Shown here: positions 1 through 9,158 of the stretch, in pieces
Position numbering within the stretch: position 1 is the stretch's first letter
Layout of the letters: every line of letters begins with the position of its first letter
NCBI GenBank assembly: GCA_947491025.1
Contig: CANLIC010000014.1
Location: forward strand, 2,936 to 66,935
Reading direction: 5' to 3'
DNA length: 64,000 bases
Origin: Myxococcales bacterium
GTDB lineage: Bacteria > Myxococcota_A > UBA9042
Translations under genes and position numbers: made by a program
The notes under the pieces: generated by a model
The model's database searches: none
What the model saw: only the letters and a program-made list of their open reading frames with translations
What the model was told of the DNA's origin: nothing

Positions 1-612
1 ACCAACAGCGCGCCCTGCAACGATGGCAACGCCTGCACGACGAGCGACGCCTGCGACGGCGGGTTCTGCAAGGCTGGCGGCTCCAAAGAATGCGACGACG
101 AGAACGCCTGCACCACCGATGGCTGCAACGTCAAGACCGGCTGCACCGCCACCGCCAACAGCGCACCTTGCAGCGACGGCAATGCCTGCACGGTCAACGA
201 CGCCTGCAAGGGCGGCAGCTGCGCGCCGGGCGCGGCGGTCAAGTGTGACGACGGCAATGCCTGCACCGACGACGTCTGCGACAAGAGCGGCGGCTGCGTG
301 GCCACCGCCAACAGCGCACCCTGCAACGACGGCAACGCCTGCACCGCGAAAGACGCCTGCACCCAGACCGTCTGCAAGGGCCAAAGCGTTCTCTGCGACG
401 ACGGACAACTCTGCACCGACGACTACTGCGACCAGACCAAGGGCTGCCAGACCAGCGCCAACGCCAAGTCCTGCAACGACGGCGACGCTTGCACCAGCAA
501 CGACGCCTGCAGCGGCGGCGCCTGTGGCGGAGCCAAGGTCTCGTGCGACGACGGCAACCCATGCACCACTGACAGCTGCGACGCCGGCAAGGGCTGCGGC
601 TACAAGAACGTG
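1..612 (+). repeat. Four tandem 153-bp coding repeats (cysteine-rich module)
   Basis: The unit start motif (a/g)ccaacagcgc(g/a)cc(c/t)tgca(a/g)cga(t/c)ggcaa recurs at nt 1, 154 and 307, with a diverged copy at about 457-460. The period is 153 bp (51 aa). Confidence 0.8.
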
Positions 613-1299
613 GCCAACGACACCGACTGCGGCGACGTAGGCGTCTGTCTGCAGGGCACCTGCTCGCCCGGCGCCGACATCACGCCGGCCATCTCCTGCG
701 CGGAGGTCCTCTTCGCCTGGCCGGCGGCACCGAGCGGCAACTACTGGCTCGACCCCGACGGCGCCAAGGGCGTCGGCGGCAAGTACCAGGTCAAGTGCGA
801 CATGAAGACCGACAGCGGCGGTTGGTTGGTCATCGACAACGCCATGGCTTTCAAGCTCTTGACGCTCGAAAACCTCTATCCGGGCGGCAAGTGCGAGCTG
901 ACGAATACTTGGTGGCGCAGCTGGGATGGCTTCGCTGGCGCCTCGATGGACACCCACTTCTGCTTGGGCAAGACCGGCGCCAATTTCATGAGCTACAAGG
1001 AGATTCGCAAGCTGGGCGTCCAGCTCACCGGCTACACCGCCGGCCCCGGCCACACCTTCGACGCCGGCACGGACTGCTACAGCACGTCCACCGCAGGCGG
1101 CTTCTGCATCGGCCCGGACGCTGAGCTCTCGCCGATCAACACCGCCGCGCTCAGCCTCAACAACGACCAGAAGAGCCCAATCTACAACGACAAGCTCACC
1201 CTCAGCAAGAACTACACCAGCTTCACGATCCGCTCGCGCGAAGAGGGTCCGCAAGACGAAGGCGTCATCTGGAACACTGGCGCGTTCCTCTTGCGCTAG
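1..1299 (+). CDS. Secreted cysteine-rich repeat protein (5' end lies outside the window) with a C-terminal fibrinogen/COLFI-like globular domain
   Basis: Frame 1 is open from base 1 (TNSAPCNDGNACT...) and stops at TAG 1297-1299. It has four 51-aa repeats of the CxDGNxCTxDxC...GC type. The segment SCAEVLFAWPAAPSGNYWLDPDG...YQVKCDMKTDSGGWLVIDN starts at nt 691. Confidence 0.85.
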   Translation, partial: TNSAPCNDGNACTTSDACDGGFCKAGGSKECDDENACTTDGCNVKTGCTATANSAPCSDGNACTVNDACKGGSCAPGAAVKCDDGNACTDDVCDKSGGCVATANSAPCNDGNACTAKDACTQTVCKGQSVLCDDGQLCTDDYCDQTKGCQTSANAKSCNDGDACTSNDACSGGACGGAKVSCDDGNPCTTDSCDAGKGCGYKNVANDTDCGDVGVCLQGTCSPGADITPAISCAEVLFAWPAAPSGNYWLDPDGAKGVGGKYQVKCDMKTDSGGWLVIDNAMAFKLLTLENLYPGGKCELTNTWWRSWDGFAGASMDTHFCLGKTGANFMSYKEIRKLGVQLTGYTAGPGHTFDAGTDCYSTSTAGGFCIGPDAELSPINTAALSLNNDQKSPIYNDKLTLSKNYTSFTIRSREEGPQDEGVIWNTGAFLLR

Positions 1300-1615
1300 C
1301 CAGCGTCTGACGTCCTTGCCCTGCCCAGAATCCACCACCGAACGCCTGTCCGAGCGTCGAATTCGGAGCCAGCTCTGGGCGTTGCGAGGAAGGGACCGGA
1401 AGCGTACATGGGGTACGTTGAGGAAAGGGCCGGAGGTTCAAGACGGCCATCAAGCACCTATCGGCGGGCGACCCTTCGGACCGGGACGGAAGTCGCAGCT
1501 CCCTCACCGCCTGTGGACCGGTCCGGGCCCGAAGGCGGCGGATCGGGGCTGCACGTGTCGCTTGCGGAGACGCGGTGGCCCCGGCTATCTTCAGCGCCCC
1601 ACTCTGGAGGCCCCC

Positions 1616-2593
1616 ATGTCCATGACGAGCCACAACCTCACGTCGCGACTCATCGGCCGATCGCTGGTCCAAACCCGGGCGCTGCTGCTGGCCAGCCTGG
1701 CGCCGCTCGCGTTCGCCTGCGCGGCCGAGGAGCCTGCTGCCGACAACGTTCGCGACGTTCGCGCGACGCTGCCGCCCGAGGTTGACGGCTACCGCAACAT
1801 CGTCGGCGGCGAGTACGTCATCCAGCCGGGCGAGGACAAGATGATCTGCTTCCACCTGACGTGGAAGGACCCGACCATCGCCGTCAGCTCGGTCCAACAG
1901 CTGCAGGGCAAGTTCGGCCACCACTCGATCATCGTCACCACCAAGGAGCCCAAGCCAGACGGCACGGTCGAGGACTGCACCGAACAGAAGGACATGTACA
2001 AGTACGGCGCCTTCCTCATTCCGGTCGACGAGCTGCCGGCCGGCCACGGCATCGAGCTTCCGCAAGGGATGAAGATCGTTCTGCAGTCGCACTACGTGAA
2101 CTATGGCGATCAGGCGATCTTGACCCGCGACGCCGTGCGCATCCGCACCATGCCGACCGCCGACGTCAAGACCTGGGTGGCTTCCTTGGCGACCAACTCC
2201 ACGGACTTCTCGGTGCCGGCCAAGTCCGTGGGCAACGAGACGTTCGACTGCACCCTCGACGAGGACGTCGAGCTGCTGCTCTTCGGCGGCCACATGCACG
2301 AGGACGGCAAGTCGTTCGAGGGCTTGATGGGCCCGGACGTCAAGAGCCTGAAGTCGCTGCAGCGCGTCGACGAGTGGAAAGAGGAGTACCGGGACTCCCC
2401 GCCGGTGATGCTGGCGCTCAAGGCCCCGGTGCCGCTGAAGAAGGGCACCGTGCTGCGCACCATCTGCGAGTGGAACAACAAGGCCGACCACGTGCTGGCG
2501 TTCCCCGAGGAGATGTGCGCCAGCTTTGGCTACATCGCCGGCACCAAGAAGGCGTACGACTGTCGCAAGGACAAGGGCAAGGTCACATGGTAG
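1616..2593 (+). CDS. Lipoprotein of the copper type II ascorbate-dependent monooxygenase family (PHM/DBH-like)
   Basis: ATG 1616 is followed by a signal peptide and lipobox (LAPLAFAC). The ordered copper ligands are FGHHSII, LQSHYVN, GGHMHEDG and PEEMCASFGY, which gives HH..H..HxH..M with PHM-like spacing of about 60-70 aa. Confidence 0.8.
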   Translation: MSMTSHNLTSRLIGRSLVQTRALLLASLAPLAFACAAEEPAADNVRDVRATLPPEVDGYRNIVGGEYVIQPGEDKMICFHLTWKDPTIAVSSVQQLQGKFGHHSIIVTTKEPKPDGTVEDCTEQKDMYKYGAFLIPVDELPAGHGIELPQGMKIVLQSHYVNYGDQAILTRDAVRIRTMPTADVKTWVASLATNSTDFSVPAKSVGNETFDCTLDEDVELLLFGGHMHEDGKSFEGLMGPDVKSLKSLQRVDEWKEEYRDSPPVMLALKAPVPLKKGTVLRTICEWNNKADHVLAFPEEMCASFGYIAGTKKAYDCRKDKGKVTW

Positions 2594-3117
2594 GCGGCTC
2601 CCTCACGCGGTCGACGCACCCCCTACGGCAGCTGACGCGCCTCGCGCCCTTGGTCGCGGCGCTCGGCCTGCTGGCGTGCGAAAGCGACGCCGGCGATGAC
2701 GCTGCAGCCGCCGACGCGTCTCGCGGCGACGCGCTGCTGGCCTTTACCTGCAAGGGCTCCGTCCACAAGGCGAGCAAGCTGGTCGACCCGCTGAAAGGCA
2801 TCGTCTATGGCAACCTCTTCCTCTCCGAGGACGTCGGCGTGGCGGGCCCGATCGCGGACGCCCCTGAGTTCGGCGCCGTGGAGGTGAAGGGGCTCGACCT
2901 GGTCGGCGACGGAACGGTCGCTGGCGCGTTTCGCACGCCGAAGCTGAACCCGGGGCTCTACACGTTCCTCGGCTTTTTCGACGTCGACGCCAACGGCGGC
3001 GAGACCAAAGACCCCGACGCTGGCGATCCCGTCACCCTGGCGATCACCAACAAGTTCAAGATCGAGGCGGGCAAGACCACGGCCTACACCGTGACCTTCG
3101 ACCTCGTCCTCAACTAG
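2587..3117 (+). CDS. Small lipoprotein of unknown function, translationally coupled to the PHM-like gene
   Basis: ATG 2587 overlaps the upstream stop (2591-2593). The lipobox is LGLLAC. The predicted sequence is beta-rich (YTFLGFFDVDANGGETKD...TVTFDLVLN) and GC3 is high. Confidence 0.7.
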   Translation: MVGGSLTRSTHPLRQLTRLAPLVAALGLLACESDAGDDAAAADASRGDALLAFTCKGSVHKASKLVDPLKGIVYGNLFLSEDVGVAGPIADAPEFGAVEVKGLDLVGDGTVAGAFRTPKLNPGLYTFLGFFDVDANGGETKDPDAGDPVTLAITNKFKIEAGKTTAYTVTFDLVLN

Positions 3118-3240
3118 AACGCCTTTCCGTCCCACCCGCCGAGCGCGCCGAGCCCGGTGAATGCGCCGAGCCCGCCGAGTGCGCCGAGTGCGCCGAGCCA
3201 ACGACCCTTGCCGGGCAGGATCGGCGACACGGCGGCTCGT

Positions 3241-6200
3241 TCAGCGCGCGCGCTGCGTACGACGGCTGTCGATGCGGCGCTGAACCTGCTCCTGCTCGAT
3301 CTTCAGCTCGCAGGAGTGCTCAGCGTCCTGGTCGAAGAGGAAGGTCATCGAGCGCGTGCCAGCGCTGCCCGACGCGCCGCAGCGCCCGGTCAAGTTCAGA
3401 CCGGCTGGGATGCTGACCTGCACCTCGCCCTCACCCTTGAACTTGAAGCGGAAAGAGGTCGGCGTCGACTCGACAAGCAGCAGCCGGGCGCGCATCGGTA
3501 GCTTGGTCAGTCGCACCTCTGCGGAGGCGGAGTCGCCGAGGCGCACGAGGTACGTCCGCGGCCCGGCGCCCGTCCAGACGCTGTCGTCGGAGAAGGCAGG
3601 CCAGCCGTCGACCGAGACGACGCGGCGGCCCGTCGGCAGGTCGAGGCGCAGCGCCATCACGCCCGCCTCGTCGTCGGCGTCGACGTCGATGAAGAGGCTG
3701 TCGGCATCGATTGGGCTGACATACACCGCCGCCTTGCGCAACGACTTCAAGCGCGCCGCCGCCTGCAGGCCGGTGACGAACTCGGTCCCCTTGTCGCGTG
3801 CGTAGGCCAAGAAGTCCGTGAACATGAACTCCTCGTACTGCGGCCCCTCGTAAGCCGTCGGGCCATAGTCGTGCCAAGGCCAAACGACGAAGGCGCCGCG
3901 GGCATGGGTGGTCAACGTGTCGAACTGCTGCTTCCAGAGGTCGAGACCCTGGGCGGACGACAGCTTCTTGAAGTCGATGATCGTGAAGTCGAAGTAGAGG
4001 TTCGGCGCCAGGTAGACCATGTCGTAGTCGGGCGTGAGCCAGCCCATGGCGCCGTGGTAGCCGGCGCCGGTGCCAGCGTAGTCGGCGGTGGCGTAGGTGA
4101 ACCACTTGTTGAGCTCCCAGTCGACGGGCAGTGTCTCGGGATTGCCGGGCACCGCCGCCGACAGCACCGGCACGCCGAGCTGCTTGGCGATGACGTCACG
4201 CGACTGCGCGAACTCGTAGTGCAGCTGCGCCGGCGTCAGCGACGCGGTGTAGTGCGGGTGCGTGTAGGAGTGGGTGCCGATCTCGTTGCCTAGCGCCATG
4301 AGATTCTTGTAGATCGGCCCGGACGTGGCCCAATCGGTGATTTCGCCAGCGCCTTTGTTGTCGCCGACGTTGATGTAGTAGGAGCTGACCATGTTCAGGG
4401 TCTTCTTCCACTTCTCCACAATCGGCATCAGCTTGCCGTAGACCGTGGGCGCCTCGTCGACGTACTGCGACTGATCCATGTCGCAGCGCCCGATGAAGAC
4501 CGAGTCAAAGCGGGTCGGATGCAGGCCGACCGCGACGCCGTCGCCGAAAGCCACCCAGCGCAGCGCGCGCGCGACGAGGTCGGTGTCGCCGGCGATCGAC
4601 GGGCTCGCAAAGTGGACCACGCGCGCCCCAGGCTCGACGGCCCAGATCGCCGCCCGCCGTTCGGTGGTGCCATCAGCCAGCTTGGCCAGCGCGACGGCCA
4701 CCGAGTCAGCGACGCTGAAGAAGCGCTTGAAGTAGAGCAGGTAGCCGCCCGGGTAGCTGCCGAGGTTCGCGTCATCAGCGTAACCCCTCAAAATCGGATG
4801 GCCATGACCGGCACGGATCTCGTGGTCCTGTGGCCCCCAGTAGCCCTCGAGCGTGATGCCGAGGACCCGCTTCATCCGGGCATAGCTGTCTCCGGGCAGC
4901 GCCGCGCCGTGGGGGTCGTTGGTCAGCAGGTTGCCGACCGCGACGACGCCGGTGCCGTAGTGGTAGACGAGGCGCGTCAGCACATCGGCGATGACGTCGG
5001 CTTTGCTGGCGGCGACATTGGCGAAGTACGGCAGCAGCAGCACCTTGAAGTCCTTGACCTTCTGGATATCGAGCAGCGCGTCCTCGTGGATGAGCTCGAA
5101 GGGCATGCCGGCCAACCCCGCCTGGTGCTGCATGGCCGCGTAGAGCTGGCTGTAGGCCTTGTCGCCGAAGAAGGCCGCAGCGCTCGTCGCCGAGAAGACG
5201 ATGCCCACGCGTAGCGCGTCGTCGCCGGCCTTGGGCGGCAGATCCAAGGGGTGATAGAGGCGGTGGCCGGGGCCTGTGAAGTCGGCCGGCAAGAAGATCG
5301 CGTCATTGACGTCGACCGAGACGTCGATCGCGGACGGCAGCGGCTGGCCGGGGGCAGCGAGCAACGCCCGGTCGAGGGCGATCTCGAGGGTGCTGCCGTC
5401 GGCGCTGAGGGCGTGCGGCAAGGGGCCGATCTGCCAATTCTGCGCTGCGGCGCCGGTGTACAGGTGCGGCGTGCCGTCCCAGGCGATGTTGATGTTGTGC
5501 TCGCTGCCGACGGCGATGCCCCAGACCTGGTGACCCGTGGCGCGGTTGAGGTCGGTGTTGAGCCAGAAGGTCGTGCCGGCCCCGATTGCGCTGGCCGGCG
5601 GAAGGGCACGCAGGGCGAGGTAGTAGGTGTCAGCGGTGGCGCGGCCATAGACCTCGTAGTTCAGCACCGCCATGCCGGGCAGGCGGTCGATGCGGTTCTG
5701 CAGGGTCCACTCGACGAGGCTGCCGTCGAGCTTGACGGGACCATCGGGCGCCACCGGCGCAGGCGGCACACCCTGGTCGTCGATGAGGTACCCGCCGCCG
5801 CCGAACCAAGAGGGCAGAAAGGTCTGGTTGTTCAAGTCCATCCAGGTACGGATGTGGCCCTTGGCGCCGACCAGGCTATGGCTCACCTCGAGCTCAAGGA
5901 TGGTGTGGTTGGCATTGAAGCTATGGCTCAGCGGACCTGCAACCCAGACCTCGCCGTCGGCGCCGGTGTAGAGGTGCGGGGTGCCGTCCCAGGCGATGTT
6001 GATGTTGGCCTCGGAGCCGACGTAGGCGCCCCAGACCAGGAAGCCCGTCGCCGCGTTGAGGTCGGTGTCGAGCCAGAACGTCGAGGCGGGCCCGATGGCG
6101 ACCGGCGCGACAAACGCCAAGTGGTATTTGCCGAGCGCGACGTCGTGGTAGCCGTAGACCTGGTGGCCGGCGACGCCAAGGCCAGGCACGGCGTCCAGGC

Positions 6201-6321
6201 GGTCGGCCATCGTCCAGTCATCGAGCACGCCATCATGCTTGAATTCACGGGCCAAGCCGGTCGACGCGCACGCCAGCAGGGCGACTGCCGCCGTCAGCGC
6301 CATAACGAGCCGGCGCTGCAT
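3241..6321 (-). CDS. Secreted polysaccharide deacetylase (NodB/CE4-like) with a duplicated N-terminal ~160-aa module
   Basis: Start ATG 6321 (MQRRLVMALTAAVALLACAS signal). Two paralogous modules share FWLxTDLNxATG...NINIAWDGTPHLYTG. The deacetylase core has RCDMDQS and GTHSYTHPHY motifs. The ORF track extends to 6474, but that part lacks signal-peptide logic. Confidence 0.8.
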   Translation of the reverse strand: MQRRLVMALTAAVALLACASTGLAREFKHDGVLDDWTMADRLDAVPGLGVAGHQVYGYHDVALGKYHLAFVAPVAIGPASTFWLDTDLNAATGFLVWGAYVGSEANINIAWDGTPHLYTGADGEVWVAGPLSHSFNANHTILELEVSHSLVGAKGHIRTWMDLNNQTFLPSWFGGGGYLIDDQGVPPAPVAPDGPVKLDGSLVEWTLQNRIDRLPGMAVLNYEVYGRATADTYYLALRALPPASAIGAGTTFWLNTDLNRATGHQVWGIAVGSEHNINIAWDGTPHLYTGAAAQNWQIGPLPHALSADGSTLEIALDRALLAAPGQPLPSAIDVSVDVNDAIFLPADFTGPGHRLYHPLDLPPKAGDDALRVGIVFSATSAAAFFGDKAYSQLYAAMQHQAGLAGMPFELIHEDALLDIQKVKDFKVLLLPYFANVAASKADVIADVLTRLVYHYGTGVVAVGNLLTNDPHGAALPGDSYARMKRVLGITLEGYWGPQDHEIRAGHGHPILRGYADDANLGSYPGGYLLYFKRFFSVADSVAVALAKLADGTTERRAAIWAVEPGARVVHFASPSIAGDTDLVARALRWVAFGDGVAVGLHPTRFDSVFIGRCDMDQSQYVDEAPTVYGKLMPIVEKWKKTLNMVSSYYINVGDNKGAGEITDWATSGPIYKNLMALGNEIGTHSYTHPHYTASLTPAQLHYEFAQSRDVIAKQLGVPVLSAAVPGNPETLPVDWELNKWFTYATADYAGTGAGYHGAMGWLTPDYDMVYLAPNLYFDFTIIDFKKLSSAQGLDLWKQQFDTLTTHARGAFVVWPWHDYGPTAYEGPQYEEFMFTDFLAYARDKGTEFVTGLQAAARLKSLRKAAVYVSPIDADSLFIDVDADDEAGVMALRLDLPTGRRVVSVDGWPAFSDDSVWTGAGPRTYLVRLGDSASAEVRLTKLPMRARLLLVESTPTSFRFKFKGEGEVQVSIPAGLNLTGRCGASGSAGTRSMTFLFDQDAEHSCELKIEQEQVQRRIDSRRTQRAR

Positions 6322-6798
6322 CGCGCCTCCGAGAGACCGACGATCGCGGAAGGGCGCCTCGATGGGTCCGCTGCCAGACGTGCGGTCGATCATGGTCCCT
6401 CCCGCCGCAGGTGCGGCGATAGTTCTTGCGTCTTGCGTTCTGCTCGTTTTCTTGTCGGTTCCATCAGATCGCATTTCGCCTCCGACTTCGTGGTGGCGGT
6501 TGGTGTCAACCGCCGGTCACCTGTTGAGATTCTACCATACGGTTTGGTGTCGTACAAGAGGCAGATTCGTTTGCAACGACGCGGCTCCTCCGCGGCTTGG
6601 GTCCAGGCGCTCCATCGTTCGCTGGGCGAAGGCCCGCCGTGCGCGCTCTTTTCACCGCTTGCGCAACCCGGCACCCTGCGAGGCCAGCGCAGCGGGGCGC
6701 CGTGGCAGCATGGCGCGGCCTCGGCGACGGCCCTCACCGCCCTGTGCCCTCGGCCTTGTGCACTGGGTCGCGCGCCGCGAGGCGCCAGCGGAGCCGCA

Positions 6799-7644
6799 AT
6801 GATGCCGACACTTGCACCGAACACCCAAAAAACCTCCGCCGCCAACTGGGGCGCCGGAGCGCGGGCTCTGCCGCTGCTGCTGCTGTGGGTGGCGGCGGCG
6901 TTGCAGGCTGCGTGCGCCGCCGACGAAGCGCCGCAGAAGATCGACGACGTCTCGTCGTGGCTGTGGCGCAACTTCGACACGGCGAGCGACGAGGAGATGG
7001 CCAACGCGTTCGTGAGCTTGGGAGGGGTCGTCACGCCGGTCACCGCCGACGAGCCGCTCAAGGCGCTCATCGATCGCTTGAAGGGCCCAGACGTCGCCCT
7101 GGTCGGCCGCAGCGATGGCGACCCGGCCAAGGCGGTCGGCATGCTGGTCATCACCGATATCGCTTGCAAGATCAGCCAGGTCAACGCCATCCACGTCCAT
7201 GATCGCCAAGACGAGCTGCACGCTGGCGCCTACAAGTCCTACAAACGGACCTACAAGGGGAACCGGGACGACTACCTGGCGGGCAAGGCGGCGCGACTGG
7301 AGTGGAACACCGAGCTGGAGTCTGACTACGCCCGCGAGAAGTTGGCTGGCGCCATGCGGCGCATCCCGGACCTCGGCAAGGAGCGCTCGCCGTTCGGGAC
7401 GACGCTGGTGTCGCGGACCTTCTTGTCGGAGCCGGCGACCAAGACCCACTGGCCACAGGACTACCAGATCGATGCCTACTTCGAGCGCAAACCAGGCCGC
7501 GTCGTTCACTTGTTTGCGGTCTGGCGCGAGGCGGAGTTTTCAGGTCTGTCGAGCGAGAACTCGGGGCTGCAGAACATCCAGATGAAGGGCTTTGTCGACT
7601 GGGACAAAGAGGTTGAGAAGGCCTGCGCCAGCGGGAAGTTTTGA
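6799..7644 (+). CDS. Lipoprotein of unknown function
   Basis: ATGATG at 6799, then a signal and lipobox (LLLLWVAAALQAAC). The composition is non-repetitive and balanced. Its stop overlaps the start of the next gene (7641). Confidence 0.7.
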   Translation: MMPTLAPNTQKTSAANWGAGARALPLLLLWVAAALQAACAADEAPQKIDDVSSWLWRNFDTASDEEMANAFVSLGGVVTPVTADEPLKALIDRLKGPDVALVGRSDGDPAKAVGMLVITDIACKISQVNAIHVHDRQDELHAGAYKSYKRTYKGNRDDYLAGKAARLEWNTELESDYAREKLAGAMRRIPDLGKERSPFGTTLVSRTFLSEPATKTHWPQDYQIDAYFERKPGRVVHLFAVWREAEFSGLSSENSGLQNIQMKGFVDWDKEVEKACASGKF

Positions 7645-9155
7645 CCTTGGCGCGTCGACTTGCCCTTTGGCTCCTGGTCGCATGGGCGGTGGCTTGCGGC
7701 GGCGGCTGCGGCGCCCATGCGCCCTTGGCGATCGGCGATGCCCTACCGGCGCTGGCGCCCCTGCGGATGGCCCTCGAACCCGATGCGCACGCTGAGGAGC
7801 TCATCGGCTGGCTGCAGGCGTATCTGCGTGTCGACACTCAGAACCCGCCAGGCAATGAGACCGCGGGTGCGCGCTGGATGGCTGGACTGCTGGAGCGCGA
7901 GGGCATCGCCTCGGAGATCGTGGAGTTCGCACCGGGGCGCGGCTCGCTCATCGCGCGGCTGCCGGCGACGGCGACTTCGGCGACGACGGGCGAGCGGCCG
8001 CTGTGTCTGCTGTCGCACATCGACACCGTGACCTCCGAGATCGCCAAATGGCCGGCCGACAGCGGCCCGCTCTCTGGGGTGCGCAAGGGCGGCGAGATCT
8101 GGGGCCGCGGCGCGCTGGACATGAAGGGCATGGGCATCCTGGAGCTGGCGGTGATGGTGCACCTCAAGCGGCGGGCGGTGCCGCTGCGGCGCGAGGTGAT
8201 CTTGCTCGCCGTCGCTGATGAAGAGGTCGACAACCTCGGCATGAAGCATCTGGTCGCGCAGCACTGGGACCGCATCGGCTGCTCGCACCTGCTCAACGAG
8301 GGCGGCATCGCCATCGAAGATGCGCTGGCGCCGGGCCAGACCTTTTTCGCCATCTCGGTGGCCGAGAAGGGGCTGCTCTGGCTGAAGTTGACCGCCCACG
8401 GCAAGTCGGGCCACGGCTCGACGCCGATACCCGGCCGGGCGCCCGATCGCCTGCTGGACGCCTTGGCCAAGGTGCGGGCCCTGGCACCACCGACACAGAT
8501 CCACCCCAGCCTGTACGCGTCGTTTGCCGCTGCCGGCCGTGATGTCGGCGGCGTGGTCGGCTTCGTCTTGCAGCGGCCGAGCCTGGTCGACCTGCTGGCG
8601 GTATCCGACCTGCGCGCCGAGCCAGGGACGCGGGCCGCGATCGAGAACACCTGTCAGATCACAGGCTTCTCGGGCATGTTCGCGCCCAACGTCGTGCCGA
8701 GCGAGGTCTCGGCCCAGCTCGACTGCCGCCTGCTTCCCGGCGTGGCGCCACGCGCCTTTTTGGCCGAGCTGCAGCGCGCGATCGGCGACCCCGCCGTGCA
8801 TTTCACCGTCATCCACGAGGCGGCGGCCACCGAGTCGCCGATGGACGATCCGCTCTTTCGCACCCTGCTCCGGCATGCCCCTGGCCTCGGGCCGCGGGTC
8901 GTGGCCGGGCCGGTCTTGAGCGTCGGCTTCACGGACTCCATCTACGTGCGGCCGCTCGGCGTGCGCGCCTACGGCTTTGTGCCGCTGCAGGTGTCGCGCG
9001 CGCTGGCCGAGACCATGCATGGCGAGCGCGAGCGGGTGCCCGAGGCGACCTTCGTCCGCGGTCTCGGCGTCTTGTGGCGGGTGATCATCGACGCGGCGGC
9101 GGCGCCGCCGGCCGCGGGGGCTTCGGGCGCGGCGGCGGCGGCGATGGCGAATTAG
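7641..9155 (+). CDS. M20-family metallopeptidase (ArgE/DapE/CPG2-like) with a signal peptide/lipobox
   Basis: Motifs seen are LLSHIDTV, GRGALDMKG, VADEEVDN, LNEGG and GKSGHGSTP. The start is TTG 7641, overlapping the upstream TGA. Confidence 0.9.
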   Translation: MTLARRLALWLLVAWAVACGGGCGAHAPLAIGDALPALAPLRMALEPDAHAEELIGWLQAYLRVDTQNPPGNETAGARWMAGLLEREGIASEIVEFAPGRGSLIARLPATATSATTGERPLCLLSHIDTVTSEIAKWPADSGPLSGVRKGGEIWGRGALDMKGMGILELAVMVHLKRRAVPLRREVILLAVADEEVDNLGMKHLVAQHWDRIGCSHLLNEGGIAIEDALAPGQTFFAISVAEKGLLWLKLTAHGKSGHGSTPIPGRAPDRLLDALAKVRALAPPTQIHPSLYASFAAAGRDVGGVVGFVLQRPSLVDLLAVSDLRAEPGTRAAIENTCQITGFSGMFAPNVVPSEVSAQLDCRLLPGVAPRAFLAELQRAIGDPAVHFTVIHEAAATESPMDDPLFRTLLRHAPGLGPRVVAGPVLSVGFTDSIYVRPLGVRAYGFVPLQVSRALAETMHGERERVPEATFVRGLGVLWRVIIDAAAAPPAAGASGAAAAAMAN

Positions 9156-9158
9156 GCG

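Noticed and set aside
1420-1429. A GAGGAAAG string reminiscent of the RNase P RNA P4 region.
   Set aside because: The continuation is GGGCCGGAGG rather than GUCCGGGC, and there is no matching 3' ACAGAACCCGGCUUA element. It is not RNase P RNA.
1316-1615. An in-frame, stop-free 100-codon extension upstream of the PHM-like gene (the track starts this ORF at 1316).
   Set aside because: The extension is Arg/Gly/Pro-rich with no signal-peptide logic. ATG 1616 gives a textbook signal peptide and lipobox, so the upstream part is treated as leader or intergenic sequence.
6560-6575. A sigma-54-like promoter, GGCAgattcgtTTGCA, upstream of the 6799 operon.
   Set aside because: The GG-to-GC spacing is one nucleotide longer than the strict TGGCAC-N5-TTGC consensus (13 versus 12 between the dinucleotides), and the -24 element lacks the flanking T and C. 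This is too weak to call.
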